Of a DNA stretch of 64,000 nt, positions 45,301-60,300 are shown one piece after another. Below the pieces are notes generated by a model. The model was not told where the DNA came from, made no database searches, and saw nothing but the letters and a program-made list of their open reading frames with translations. This DNA comes from Balanoglossus misakiensis. Its lineage: Eukaryota; Animalia; Hemichordata. How positions within the stretch are numbered: position 1 is the first letter of the stretch; every line of letters begins with the position of its first letter. The position numbers and the translations under genes were made by a program. Where the stretch lies: the NCBI GenBank assembly GCA_040954595.2, contig CM082597.2, positions 6,721,849-6,785,848 of the forward strand. The letters run 5' to 3'.

Positions 45301-48300
45301 CCATGGGTTATAGCTCATGAAAATCATCCAAAAATGACAATTTTTCGACTTTGCGAGATATCAAAATTTCTTCATTTTTTTGAAAAAACCATGGGTTATA
45401 GCTCATGAAAATCATCCAAAAATGACAATTTTTCGACTTTGCGAGATATCAAAATTTCTTCATTTTTTTGAAAAAAACCATGGGTTATAGCTCATGAAAA
45501 TCATCCAAAAATGACAATTTTTCGACTTTGCGAGATATCAAAATTTCTTCATTTGTTTGAAAAAACCATTGGTTATAGCTCATGAAAATCATCCAAAAAT
45601 GACAATTTTTCGACTTTGCGAGATATCAAAATTTCTTCATTTTTTTGAAAAAACCATGGGTTATAGCTCATGAAAATCATCCAAAAATGACAATTTTTCG
45701 ACTTTGCGAGATATCAAAATTTCTTCATTTTTTTGAAAAAACCATGGGTTATAGCTCATGAAAATCATCCAAAAATGACAATTTTTCGACTTTGCGAGAT
45801 ATCAAAATTTCTTCATTTTTTTGAAAAAAGCATGGGTTATAGCTCATGAAAATCATCCAAAAATGACAATTTTTCGACTTTGCGAGATATCAAAATTTCT
45901 TCATTTTTTTGAAAAAACCATGGGTTATAGCTCATGAAAATCATCCAAAAATGACAATTTTTCGACTTTGCGAGATATCAAAATTTCTTCATTTTTTTGA
46001 AAAAAGCATGGGTTATAGCTCATGAAAATCATCCAAAAATGACAATTTTTCGACTTTGCGAGATCTCAAAATTTCTTCATTTTTTTGAAAAAAGCATGGG
46101 TTATAGCTCATGAAAATCATCCAAAAATGACAATTTTTAGACTTTGCGAGATATCAAAATTTCTTCATTTTTTTGAAAGAACCATGGGTTATAGCTCATG
46201 AAAATCATCATAAAATGACAATTTTTCGACTTTGCGAGATATCAAAATTTCTTCATTTTTTTGAAAGAACCATGGGTTATAGCTCATGAAAATCATCATA
46301 AAATGACAAATTTTCGACTTTGCGAGATATCAAAATTTCTTCATTTTTTTGAAAGAACCATGGGTTATAGCTCATGAAAATCATCCAAAAATGACAATTT
46401 TTCGACTTTGCGAGATATCAAAATGTCTTCATTTTTTTGAAAGAACCATGGGTTATAGCTCATGAAAATCATCCAAAAATGACAATTTTTCGACTTTGCG
46501 AGATATCAAAATTTCTTCATTTTTTTGAAAAAAGCATGGGTTATAGCTCATGAAAATCATCAAAAAATGACAATTTTTCGACTTTGCGAGATATCAAAAT
46601 TTCTTCATTTTTTTGAAAAAAGCATGGGTTATAGCTCATGAAAATCATCCAAAAATGACAATTTTTCGACTTTGCGAGATATCAAAATTTCTTCATTTTT
46701 TTGAAAGAACCATGGGTTATAGCTCATGAAAATCATCATAAAATGACAATTTTTCGACTTTGCGAGATATCAAAATTTCTTCATTTTTTTGAAAGAACCA
46801 TGGGTTATAGCTCATGAAAATCATCATAAAATGACAAATTTTCGACTTTGCGAGATATCAAAATTTCTTCATTTTTTTGAAAGAACCATGGGTTATAGCT
46901 CATGAAAATCATCCAAAAATGACAATTTTTCGACTTTGCGAGATATCAAAATGTCTTCATTTTTTTGAAAGAACCATGGGTTATAGCTCATGAAAATCAT
47001 CCAAAAATGACAATTTTTCGACTTTGCGAGATATCAAAATTTCTTCATTTTTTTGAAAAAAGCATGGGTTATAGCTCATGAAAATCATCAAAAAATGACA
47101 ATTTTTCGACTTTGCGAGATATCAAAATTTCTTCATTTTTTTGAAAAAAGCATGGGTTATAGCTCATGAAAATCATCCAAAAATGACAATTTTTCGACTT
47201 TGCGAGATATCAAAATGTCTTCATTTTTTTGAATATAGCATGGGTTATAGCTCATGAAAATCATCCAAAAATGACAATTTTTCGACTTTGCGAGATATCA
47301 AAATTTCTTCATTTTTTTGAAAAAAGCATGGGTTATAGCTCATGAAAATCATCCAAAAATGACAATTTTTCGACTTTGCGAGATATCAAAATTTCTTCAT
47401 TTTTTTGAAAAAACCATGGGTTATAGCTCATGAAAATCATCCAAAAATGACAATTTTTCGACTTTGCGAGATCTCAAAATTTCTTCATTTTTTTGAAAAA
47501 AGCATGGGTTATAGCTCATGAAAATCATCCAAAAATGACAATTTTTCGACTTTGCGAGATATCAAAATTTCTTCATTTATTTGAAAAAAGCATGGGTTAT
47601 AGCTCATGAAAATCATCCAAAAATGACAATTTTTCGACTTTGCGAGATATCAAAATTTCTTCATTTTTTTTGAAAAAACCATGTGTTATAGCTCATGAAA
47701 ATCATCCAAAAATGACAATTTTTCGACTTTGCGAGATATCAAAATTTCTTCATTTTTTTGAAAAAAGCATGGGTTATAGCTCATGAAAATCATCCAAAAA
47801 TGACAATTTTTCGACTTTGCGAGATATCAAAATTTCTTCATTTTTTTGAAAAAAACCATGGGTTATAGCTCATGAAAATCATCCAAAAATGACAATTTTT
47901 CGACTTTGCGAGATATCAAAATTTCTTCATTTTTTTGAAAAAACCATTGGTTATAGCTCATGAAAATCATCCAAAAATGACAATTTTTCGACTTTGCGAG
48001 ATATCAAATTTCTTCATTTTTTTGAAAAAACCATGGGTTATAGCACATGAAAATCATCATAAAATGACAATTTTTCGACTTTGCGAGATATCAAAATTTC
48101 TTCATTTTTTTGAAAGAACCATGGGTTATAGCTCATGAAAATCATCATAAAATGACAAATTTTCGACTTTGCGAGATATCAAAATTTCTTCATTTTTTTG
48201 AAAGAACCATGGGTTATAGCTCATGAAAATCATCCAAAAATGACAATTTTTCGACTTTGCGAGATATCAAAATTTCTTCATTTTTATGAAAAAAGCATGG

Positions 48301-51300
48301 GTTATAGCTCATGAAAATCATCCAAAAATGACAATTTTTCGACTTTGCGAGATATCAAAATGTCTTCATTTTTTTGAATATAGCATGGGTTATAGCTCAT
48401 GAAAATCATCCAAAAATGACAATTTTTCGACTTTGCGAGATATCAAAATTTCTTCATTTTTTTGAAAAAAGCATGGGTTATAGCTCATGAAAATCATCCA
48501 AAAATGACAATTTTTCGACTTTGCGAGATATCAAAATTTCTTCATTTTTTTGAAAAAAGCATGGGTTATAGCTCATGAAAATCATCCAAAAATGACAATT
48601 TTTCGACTTTGCGAGATATCAAAATTTCTTCATTTTTTTTGAAAAAACCATGTGTTATAGCTCATGAAAATCATCCAAAAATGACAATTTTTCGACTTTG
48701 CGAGATATCAAAATTTCTTCATTTTTTTGAAAAAAGCATGGGTTATAGCTCATGAAAATCATCCAAAAATGACAATTTTTCGACTTTGCGAGATATCAAA
48801 ATTTCTTCATTTTTTTGAAAAAAACCATGGGTTATAGCTCATGAAAATCATCCAAAAATGACAATTTTTCGACTTTGCGAGATATCAAAATTTCTTCATT
48901 TTTTTGAAAAAACCATTGGTTATAGCTCATGAAAATCATCCAAAAATGACAATTTTTCGACTTTGCGAGATATCAAATTTCTTCATTTTTTTGAAAAAAC
49001 CATGGGTTATAGCACATGAAAATCATCATAAAATGACAATTTTTCGACTTTGCGAGATATCAAAATTTCTTCATTTTTTTGAAAGAACCATGGGTTATAG
49101 CTCATGAAAATCATCATAAAATGACAAATTTTCGACTTTGCGAGATATCAAAATTTCTTCATTTTTTTGAAAGAACCATGGGTTATAGCTCATGAAAATC
49201 ATCCAAAAATGACAATTTTTCGACTTTGCGAGATATCAAAATTTCTTCATTTTTATGAAAAAAGCATGGGTTATAGCTCATGAAAATCATCCAAAAATGA
49301 CAATTTTTCGACTTTGCGAGATATCAAAATGTCTTCATTTTTTTGAATATAGCATGGGTTATAGCTCATGAAAATCATCCAAAAATGACAATTTTTCGAC
49401 TTTGCGAGATATCAAAATTTCTTCATTTTTTTGAAAAAAGCATGGGTTATAGCTCATGAAAATCATCCAAAAATGACAATTTTTCGACTTTGCGAGATAT
49501 CAAAATTTCTTCATTTTTTTGAAAAAAGCATGGGTTATAGCTCATGAAAATCATCCAAAAATGACAATTTTTCGACTTTGCGAGATATCAAAATTTCTTC
49601 ATTTTTTTGAAAAAACCATGGGTTATAGCTCATGAAAATCATCCAAAAATGACAATTTTTCGACTTTGCGAGATCTCAAAATTTCTTCATTTTTTTGAAA
49701 AAAGCATGGGTTATAGCTCATGAAAATCATCCAAAAATGACAATTTTTCGACTTTGCGAGATATCAAAATTTCTTCATTTTTTTGAAAAAACCATGGGTT
49801 ATAGCTCATGAAAATCATCCAAAAATGACAATTTTTCGACTTTGCGAGATATCAAAATTTCTTCATTTTTTTGAAAAAAGCATGGGTTATAGCTCATGAA
49901 AATCATCCAAAAATGACAATTTTTCGACTTTGCGAGATATCAAAATTTCTTCATTTTTTTGAAAAAAACCATGGGTTATAGCTCATGAAAATCATCCAAA
50001 AATGACAATTTTTCGACTTTGCGAGATATCAAAATTTCTTCATTTTTTTGAAAAAACCATGGGTTATAGCTCATGAAAATCATCCAAAAATGACAATTTT
50101 TCGACTTTGCGAGATCTCAAAATTTCTTCATTGTTTTGAAAAAAGCATGGGTTATAGCTCATGAAAATCATCATAAAATGACAATTTTTCGACTTTGCGA
50201 GATATCAAAATTTCTTCATTTTTTTGAAAGAAGCATGGGTTATAGCTCATGAAAATCATCATAAAATGACAATTTTTCGACTTTGCGAGATATCAAAATT
50301 TCTTCATTTTTTTGAAAGAACCATGGGTTATAGCTCATGAAAATCATCATAAAATGACAAATTTTCGACTTTGCGAGATATCAAAATTTCTTCATTTTTT
50401 TGAAAGAACCATGGGTTATAGCTCATGAAAATCATCCAAAAATGACAATTTTTCGACTTTGCGAGATATCAAAATGTCTTCATTTTTTTGAAAGAACCAT
50501 GGGTTATAGCTCATGAAAATCATCCAAAAATGACAATTTTTCGACTTTGCGAGATATCAAAATTTCTTCATTTTTTTGAAAAAACCATGGGTTATAGCTC
50601 ATGAAAATCATCCAAAAATGACAATTTTTCGACTTTGCGAGATATCAAAATTTCTTCATTTTTTTGAAAAAAGCATGGGTTATAGCTCATGAAAATCATC
50701 AAAAAATGACAATTTTTCGACTTTGCGAGATATCAAAATTTCTTCATTTTTTTGAAAAAAGCATGGGTTATAGCTCATGAAAATCATCAAAAAATGACAA
50801 TTTTTCGACTTTGCGAGATATCAAAATGTCTTCATTTTTTTGAAAAAAGCATGGGTTATAGCTCATGAAAATCATCCAAAAATGACAATTTTTCGACTTT
50901 GCGAGATATCAAAATTTCTTCATTTTTTTGAAAGAACCATGGGTTATAGCTCATGAAAATCATCCAAAAATGACAATTTTTCGACTTTGCGAGATATCAA
51001 AATGTCTTCATTTTTTTGAAAGAACCATGGGTTATAGCTCATGAAAATCATCCAAAAATGACAATTTTTCGACTTTGCGAGATATCAAAATTTCTTCATT
51101 TTTTTGAAAAAAGCATGGGTTATAGCTCATGAAAATCATCAAAAAATGACAATTTTTCGACTTTGCGAGATATCAAAATTTCTTCATTTTTTTGAAAAAA
51201 GCATGGGTTATAGCTCATGAAAATCATCCAAAAATGACAATTTTTCGACTTTGCGAGATATCAAAATGTCTTCATTTTTTTGAATATAGCATGGGTTATA

Positions 51301-54300
51301 GCTCATGAAAATCATCCAAAAATGACAATTTTTCGACTTTGCGAGATATCAAAATTTCTTCATTTTTTTGAAAAAAGCATGGGTTATAGCTCATGAAAAT
51401 CATCCAAAAATGACAATTTTTCGACTTTGCGAGATATCAAAATTTCTTCATTTTTTTGAAAAAACCATGGGTTATAGCTCATGAAAATCATCCAAAAATG
51501 ACAATTTTTCGACTTTGCGAGATCTCAAAATTTCTTCATTTTTTTGAAAAAAGCATGGGTTATAGCTCATGAAAATCATCCAAAAATGACAATTTTTCGA
51601 CTTTGCGAGATATCAAAATTTCTTCATTTATTTGAAAAAAGCATGGGTTATAGCTCATGAAAATCATCCAAAAATGACAATTTTTCGACTTTGCGAGATA
51701 TCAAAATTTCTTCATTTTTTTTGAAAAAACCATGTGTTATAGCTCATGAAAATCATCCAAAAATGACAATTTTTCGACTTTGCGAGATATCAAAATTTCT
51801 TCATTTTTTTGAAAAAAGCATGGGTTATAGCTCATGAAAATCATCCAAAAATGACAATTTTTCGACTTTGCGAGATATCAAAATTTCTTCATTTTTTTGA
51901 AAAAAACCATGGGTTATAGCTCATGAAAATCATCCAAAAATGACAATTTTTCGACTTTGCGAGATATCAAAATTTCTTCATTTTTTTGAAAAAACCATTG
52001 GTTATAGCTCATGAAAATCATCCAAAAATGACAATTTTTCGACTTTGCGAGATATCAAATTTCTTCATTTTTTTGAAAAAACCATGGGTTATAGCACATG
52101 AAAATCATCATAAAATGACAATTTTTCGACTTTGCGAGATATCAAAATTTCTTCATTTTTTTGAAAGAACCATGGGTTATAGCTCATGAAAATCATCATA
52201 AAATGACAAATTTTCGACTTTGCGAGATATCAAAATTTCTTCATTTTTTTGAAAGAACCATGGGTTATAGCTCATGAAAATCATCCAAAAATGACAATTT
52301 TTCGACTTTGCGAGATATCAAAATTTCTTCATTTTTATGAAAAAAGCATGGGTTATAGCTCATGAAAATCATCCAAAAATGACAATTTTTCGACTTTGCG
52401 AGATATCAAAATGTCTTCATTTTTTTGAATATAGCATGGGTTATAGCTCATGAAAATCATCCAAAAATGACAATTTTTCGACTTTGCGAGATATCAAAAT
52501 TTCTTCATTTTTTTGAAAAAAGCATGGGTTATAGCTCATGAAAATCATCCAAAAATGACAATTTTTCGACTTTGCGAGATATCAAAATTTCTTCATTTTT
52601 TTGAAAAAAGCATGGGTTATAGCTCATGAAAATCATCCAAAAATGACAATTTTTCGACTTTGCGAGATATCAAAATTTCTTCATTTTTTTTGAAAAAACC
52701 ATGTGTTATAGCTCATGAAAATCATCCAAAAATGACAATTTTTCGACTTTGCGAGATATCAAAATTTCTTCATTTTTTTGAAAAAAGCATGGGTTATAGC
52801 TCATGAAAATCATCCAAAAATGACAATTTTTCGACTTTGCGAGATATCAAAATTTCTTCATTTTTTTGAAAAAAACCATGGGTTATAGCTCATGAAAATC
52901 ATCCAAAAATGACAATTTTTCGACTTTGCGAGATATCAAAATTTCTTCATTTTTTTGAAAAAACCATTGGTTATAGCTCATGAAAATCATCCAAAAATGA
53001 CAATTTTTCGACTTTGCGAGATATCAAATTTCTTCATTTTTTTGAAAAAACCATGGGTTATAGCACATGAAAATCATCATAAAATGACAATTTTTCGACT
53101 TTGCGAGATATCAAAATTTCTTCATTTTTTTGAAAGAACCATGGGTTATAGCTCATGAAAATCATCATAAAATGACAAATTTTCGACTTTGCGAGATATC
53201 AAAATTTCTTCATTTTTTTGAAAGAACCATGGGTTATAGCTCATGAAAATCATCCAAAAATGACAATTTTTCGACTTTGCGAGATATCAAAATTTCTTCA
53301 TTTTTATGAAAAAAGCATGGGTTATAGCTCATGAAAATCATCCAAAAATGACAATTTTTCGACTTTGCGAGATATCAAAATGTCTTCATTTTTTTGAATA
53401 TAGCATGGGTTATAGCTCATGAAAATCATCCAAAAATGACAATTTTTCGACTTTGCGAGATATCAAAATTTCTTCATTTTTTTGAAAAAAGCATGGGTTA
53501 TAGCTCATGAAAATCATCCAAAAATGACAATTTTTCGACTTTGCGAGATATCAAAATTTCTTCATTTTTTTGAAAAAAGCATGGGTTATAGCTCATGAAA
53601 ATCATCCAAAAATGACAATTTTTCGACTTTGCGAGATATCAAAATTTCTTCATTTTTTTGAAAAAACCATGGGTTATAGCTCATGAAAATCATCCAAAAA
53701 TGACAATTTTTCGACTTTGCGAGATCTCAAAATTTCTTCATTTTTTTGAAAAAAGCATGGGTTATAGCTCATGAAAATCATCCAAAAATGACAATTTTTC
53801 GACTTTGCGAGATATCAAAATTTCTTCATTTTTTTGAAAAAACCATGGGTTATAGCTCATGAAAATCATCCAAAAATGACAATTTTTCGACTTTGCGAGA
53901 TATCAAAATTTCTTCATTTTTTTGAAAAAAGCATGGGTTATAGCTCATGAAAATCATCCAAAAATGACAATTTTTCGACTTTGCGAGATATCAAAATTTC
54001 TTCATTTTTTTGAAAAAAACCATGGGTTATAGCTCATGAAAATCATCCAAAAATGACAATTTTTCGACTTTGCGAGATATCAAAATTTCTTCATTTTTTT
54101 GAAAAAACCATGGGTTATAGCTCATGAAAATCATCCAAAAATGACAATTTTTCGACTTTGCGAGATCTCAAAATTTCTTCATTGTTTTGAAAAAAGCATG
54201 GGTTATAGCTCATGAAAATCATCATAAAATGACAATTTTTCGACTTTGCGAGATATCAAAATTTCTTCATTTTTTTGAAAGAAGCATGGGTTATAGCTCA

Positions 54301-57300
54301 TGAAAATCATCATAAAATGACAATTTTTCGACTTTGCGAGATATCAAAATTTCTTCATTTTTTTGAAAGAACCATGGGTTATAGCTCATGAAAATCATCA
54401 TAAAATGACAAATTTTCGACTTTGCGAGATATCAAAATTTCTTCATTTTTTTGAAAGAACCATGGGTTATAGCTCATGAAAATCATCCAAAAATGACAAT
54501 TTTTCGACTTTGCGAGATATCAAAATGTCTTCATTTTTTTGAAAGAACCATGGGTTATAGCTCATGAAAATCATCCAAAAATGACAATTTTTCGACTTTG
54601 CGAGATATCAAAATTTCTTCATTTTTTTGAAAAAACCATGGGTTATAGCTCATGAAAATCATCCAAAAATGACAATTTTTCGACTTTGCGAGATATCAAA
54701 ATTTCTTCATTTTTTTGAAAAAAGCATGGGTTATAGCTCATGAAAATCATCAAAAAATGACAATTTTTCGACTTTGCGAGATATCAAAATTTCTTCATTT
54801 TTTTGAAAAAAGCATGGGTTATAGCTCATGAAAATCATCAAAAAATGACAATTTTTCGACTTTGCGAGATATCAAAATGTCTTCATTTTTTTGAAAAAAG
54901 CATGGGTTATAGCTCATGAAAATCATCCAAAAATGACAATTTTTCGACTTTGCGAGATATCAAAATGTCTTCATTTTTTTGAATATAGCATGGGTTATAG
55001 CTCATGAAAATCATCCAAAAATGACAATTTTTCGACTTTGCGAGATATCAAAATTTCTTCATTTTTTTGAAAAAAGCATGGGTTATAGCTCATGAAAATC
55101 ATCCAAAAATGACAATTTTTCGACTTTGCGAGATATCAAAATTTCTTCATTTTTTTGAAAAAAGCATGGGTTATAGCTCATGAAAATCATCCAAAAATGA
55201 CAATTTTTCGACTTTGCGAGATATCAAAATTTCTTCATTTTTTTGAAAAAACCATGTGTTATAGCTCATGAAAATCATCCAAAAATGACAATTTTTCGAC
55301 TTTGCGAGATATCAAAATTTCTTCATTTTTTTGAAAAAACCATGGGTTATAGCTCATGAAAATCATCCAAAAATGACAATTTTTCGACTTTGCGAGATCT
55401 CAAAATTTCTTCATTGTTTTGAAAAAAGCATGGGTTATAGCTCATGAAAATCATCATAAAATGACAATTTTTCGACTTTGCGAGATATCAAAATTTCTTC
55501 ATTTTTTTGAAAGAAGCATGGGTTATAGCTCATGAAAATCATCATAAAATGACAATTTTTCGACTTTGCGAGATATCAAAATTTCTTCATTTTTTTGAAA
55601 GAACCATGGGTTATAGCTCATGAAAATCATCATAAAATGACAAATTTTCGACTTTGCGAGATATCAAAATTTCTTCATTTTTTTGAAAGAACCATGGGTT
55701 ATAGCTCATGAAAATCATCCAAAAATGACAATTTTTCGACTTTGCGAGATATCAAAATGTCTTCATTTTTTTGAAAGAACCATGGGTTATAGCTCATGAA
55801 AATCATCCAAAAATGACAATTTTTCGACTTTGCGAGATATCAAAATTTCTTCATTTTTTTGAAAAAACCATGGGTTATAGCTCATGAAAATCATCCAAAA
55901 ATGACAATTTTTCGACTTTGCGAGATATCAAAATTTCTTCATTTTTTTGAAAAAAGCATGGGTTATAGCTCATGAAAATCATCAAAAAATGACAATTTTT
56001 CGACTTTGCGAAATATCAAAATTTCTTCATTTTTTTGAAAAAAGCATGGGTTATAGCTCATGAAAATCATCAAAAAATGACAATTTTTCGACTTTGCGAG
56101 ATATCAAAATGTCTTCATTTTTTTGAAAAAAGCATGGGTTATAGCTCATGAAAATCATCCAAAAATGACAATTTTTCGACTTTGCGAGATATCAAAATGT
56201 CTTCATTTTTTTGAATATAGCATGGGTTATAGCTCATGAAAATCATCCAAAAATGACAATTTTTCGACTTTGCGAGATATCAAAATTTCTTCATTTTTTT
56301 GAAAAAAGCATGGGTTATAGCTCATGAAAATCATCCAAAAATGACAATTTTTCGACTTTGCGAGATATCAAAATTTCTTCATTTTTTTGAAAAAAGCATG
56401 GGTTATAGCTCATGAAAATCATCCAAAAATGACAATTTTTCGACTTTGCGAGATATCAAAATTTCTTCATTTTTTTGAAAAAACCATGTGTTATAGCTCA
56501 TGAAAATCATCCAAAAATGACAATTTTTCGACTTTGCGAGATATCAAAATTTCTTCATTTTTTTGAAAAAACCATGGGTTATAGCTCATGAAAATCATCC
56601 AAAAATGACAATTTTTCGACTTTGCGAGATATCAAAATTTCTTCATTTTTTTGAAAAAAACCATGGGTTATAGCTCATGAAAATCATCCAAAAATGACAA
56701 TTTTTCGACTTTGCGAGATATCAAAATTTCTTCATTTTTTTGAAAAAACCATTGGTTATAGCTCATGAAAATCATCCAAAAATGACAATTTTTCGACTTT
56801 GCGAGATATCAAAATTTCTTCATTTTTTTCAAAAAACCATGGGTTATAGCTCATGAAAATCATCCAAAAATGACAATTTTTCGACTTTGCGAGATATCAA
56901 AATTTCTTCATTTTTTTGAAAAAACCATGGGTTATAGCTCATGAAAATCATCCAAAAATGACAATTTTTCGACTTTGCGAGATATCAAAATTTCTTCATT
57001 TTTTTGAAAAAACCATGGGTTATAGCTCATGAAAATCATCCAAAAATGAAAATTTTTCGACTTTGCGAGATATCAAAATTTCTTCATTTTTTTGAAAAAA
57101 CCATTGGTTATAGCTCATGAAAATCATCCAAAAATGACAATTTTTCGACTTTGCGAGATATCAAAATTTCTTCATTTTTTTGAAAAAACCATGGGTTATA
57201 GCTCATGAAAATCATCCATAAATGACAATTTTTCGACTTTGCGAGATATCAAAATTTCTTCATTTTTTTGAAAAAAACCATGGGTTATAGCTCATGAAAA

Positions 57301-60300
57301 TCATCCAAAAATGACAATTTTTCGACTTTGCGAGATATCAAAATTTCTTCATTTTTTTGAAAAAACCATGGGTTATAGCTCATGAAAATCATCCAAAAAT
57401 GACAATTTTTCGACTTTGCGAGATATCAAAATTTCTTCATTTTTTTGAAAAAAGCATGGGTTATAGCTCATGAAAATCATCCAAAAATGACAATTTTTCA
57501 ACTTTGCGAGATATCAAAATTTCTTCATTTTTTTGAAAAAACCATGGGTTATAGCTCATGAAAATCATCCAAAAATGACAATTTTTCGACTTTGCGAGAT
57601 ATCAAAATTTCTTCATTTTTTTGAAAAAACCATGGGTTATAGCTCATGAAAATCATCCAAAAATGACAATTTTTCGACTTTGCGAGATATCAAAATTTCT
57701 TCATTTTTTTGAAAAAAACCATGGGTTATAGCTCATGAAAATCATCCAAAAATGACAATTTTTCGACTTTGCGAGATATCAAAATTTCTTCATTTTTTTT
57801 GAAAAAACCATTGGTTATAGCTCATGAAAATCATCCAAAAATGACAATTTTTCGACTTTGCGAGATATCAAAATTTCTTCATTTTTTTGAAAAAACCATG
57901 GGTTAAAGCTCATGAAAATCATCCAAAAATGACAATTTTTCGACTTTGCGAGATATCAAAATTTCTTCATTTTTTTGAAAAAACCATGGGTTATAGCTCA
58001 TGAAAATCATCCAAAAATGACAATTTTTCGACTTTGCGAGATATCAAAATTTCTTCATTTTTTTGAAAAAACCATGGGTTATAGCTCATGAAAATCATCC
58101 AAAAATGACAATTTTTCGACTTTGCGAGATATCAAAATTTCTTCATTTTTTTGAAAAAACCATGGGTTATAGCTCATGAAAATCATCCAAAAATGACAAT
58201 TTTTCGACTTTGCGAGATATCAAAATTTCTTCATTTTTTTGAAAAAAGCATGGGTTATAGCTCATGAAAATCATCCAAAAATGACAATTTTTCGACTTTG
58301 CGAGATATCAAAATTTCTTCATTTTTTTGAAAAAAGCATGGGTTATAGCTCATGAAAATCATCCAAAAATGACAATTTTTCGACTTTGCGAGATATCAAA
58401 ATTTCTTCATTTTTTTGAAAAAAACCATGGGTTATAGCTCATGAAAATCATCCAAAAATGACAATTTTTCGACTTTGCGAGATATCAAAATTTCTTCATT
58501 TTTTTGAAAAAACCATTGGTTATAGCTCATGAAAATCATCCAAAAATGACAATTTTTCGACTTTGCGAGATATCAAAATTTCTTCATTTTTTTGAAAAAA
58601 GCATGGGTTATAGCTCATGAAAATCATCCAAAAATGACAATTTTTCGACTTTGCGAGATATCAAAATTTCTTCATTTTTTTGAAAAAACCATGGGTTATA
58701 GCTCATGAAAATCATCCAAAAATGACAATTTTTCGACTTTGCGAGATATCAAAATTTCTTCATTTTTTTGAAAAAACCATGGGTTATAGCTCATGAAAAT
58801 CATCCAAAAATGACAATTTTTCGACTTTGCGAGATATCAAAATTTCTTCATTTTTTTGAAAAAAGCATGGGTTATAGCTCATGAAAATCATCCAAAAATG
58901 ACAATTTTTCAACTTTGCGAGATATCAAAATTTCTTCATTTTTTTGAAAAAACCATGGGTTATAGCTCACGAAAATCATCCAAAAATGACAATTTTTCAA
59001 CTTTGCGAGATATCAAAATTTCTTCATTTTTTTAAAAAAACCATGGGTTAAAGCTCATGAAAATCATCCAAAAATGACAATTTTTCGACTTTGCGAGATA
59101 TCAAAATTTCTTCATTTTTTTTTAAAAACCATGGGTTATAGCTCATGAAAATCATCCAAAAATGACAATTTTTCGACTTTGCGAGATATCAAAATTTCTT
59201 CATTTTTTTTTAAAAACCATGGGTTATAGCTCATGAAAATCATCCAAAAATGACAATTTTTCGACTTTGCGAGATATCAAAATTTCTTCATTTTTTTGAA
59301 AAAACCATGGGTTATAGCTCATGAAAATCATCCAAAAATGACAATTTTTCGACTTTGCGAGATATCAAAATTTCTTCATTTTTTTGAAAAAACCATGGGT
59401 TATAGCTCATGAAAATCATCCAAAAATGACAATTTTTCGACTTTGCGAGATATCAAAATTTCTTCATTTTTTTGAAAAAAGCATGGGTTATAGCTCATGA
59501 AAATCATCCAAAAATGACAATTTTTCGACTTTGCGAGATATCAAAATTTCTTCATTTTTTTGAAAAAAGCATGGGTTATAGCTCATGAAAATCATCCAAA
59601 AATGACAATTTTTCGACTTTGCGAGATCTCAAAATTTCTTCATTTTTTTGAAAAAAGCATGGGTTATAGCTCATGAAAATCATCCAAAAATGACAATTTT
59701 TCGACTTTGCGAGATATCAAAATTTCTTCATTTTTTTGAAAAAAGCATGGGTTATAGCTCATGAAAATCATCCAAAAATGACAATTTTTCGACTTTGCGA
59801 GATATCAAAATTTCTTCATTTTTTTGAAAAAACCATGGGTTATAGCTCATGAAAATCATCCAAAAATGACAATTTTTCGACTTTGCGAGATATCAAAATT
59901 TCTTCATTTTTTTGAAAAAACCATGTGTTATAGCTCATGAAAATCATCCAAAAATGACAATTTTTCGACTTTGCGAGATATCAAAATTTCTTCATTTTTT
60001 TGAAAAAACCATGGGTTATAGCTCATGAAAATCATCCAAAAATGACAATTTTTCGACTTTGCGAGATATCAAAATTTCTTCATTTTTTTGAAAAAAACCA
60101 TGGGTTATAGCTCATGAAAATCATCCAAAAATGACAATTTTTCGACTTTGCGAGATATCAAAATTTCTTCATTTTTTTGAAAAAACCATTGGTTATAGCT
60201 CATGAAAATCATCCAAAAATGACAATTTTTCGACTTTGCGATATATCAAAATTTCTTCATTTTTTTGAAAAAAGCATGGGTTATAGCTCATGAAAATCAT

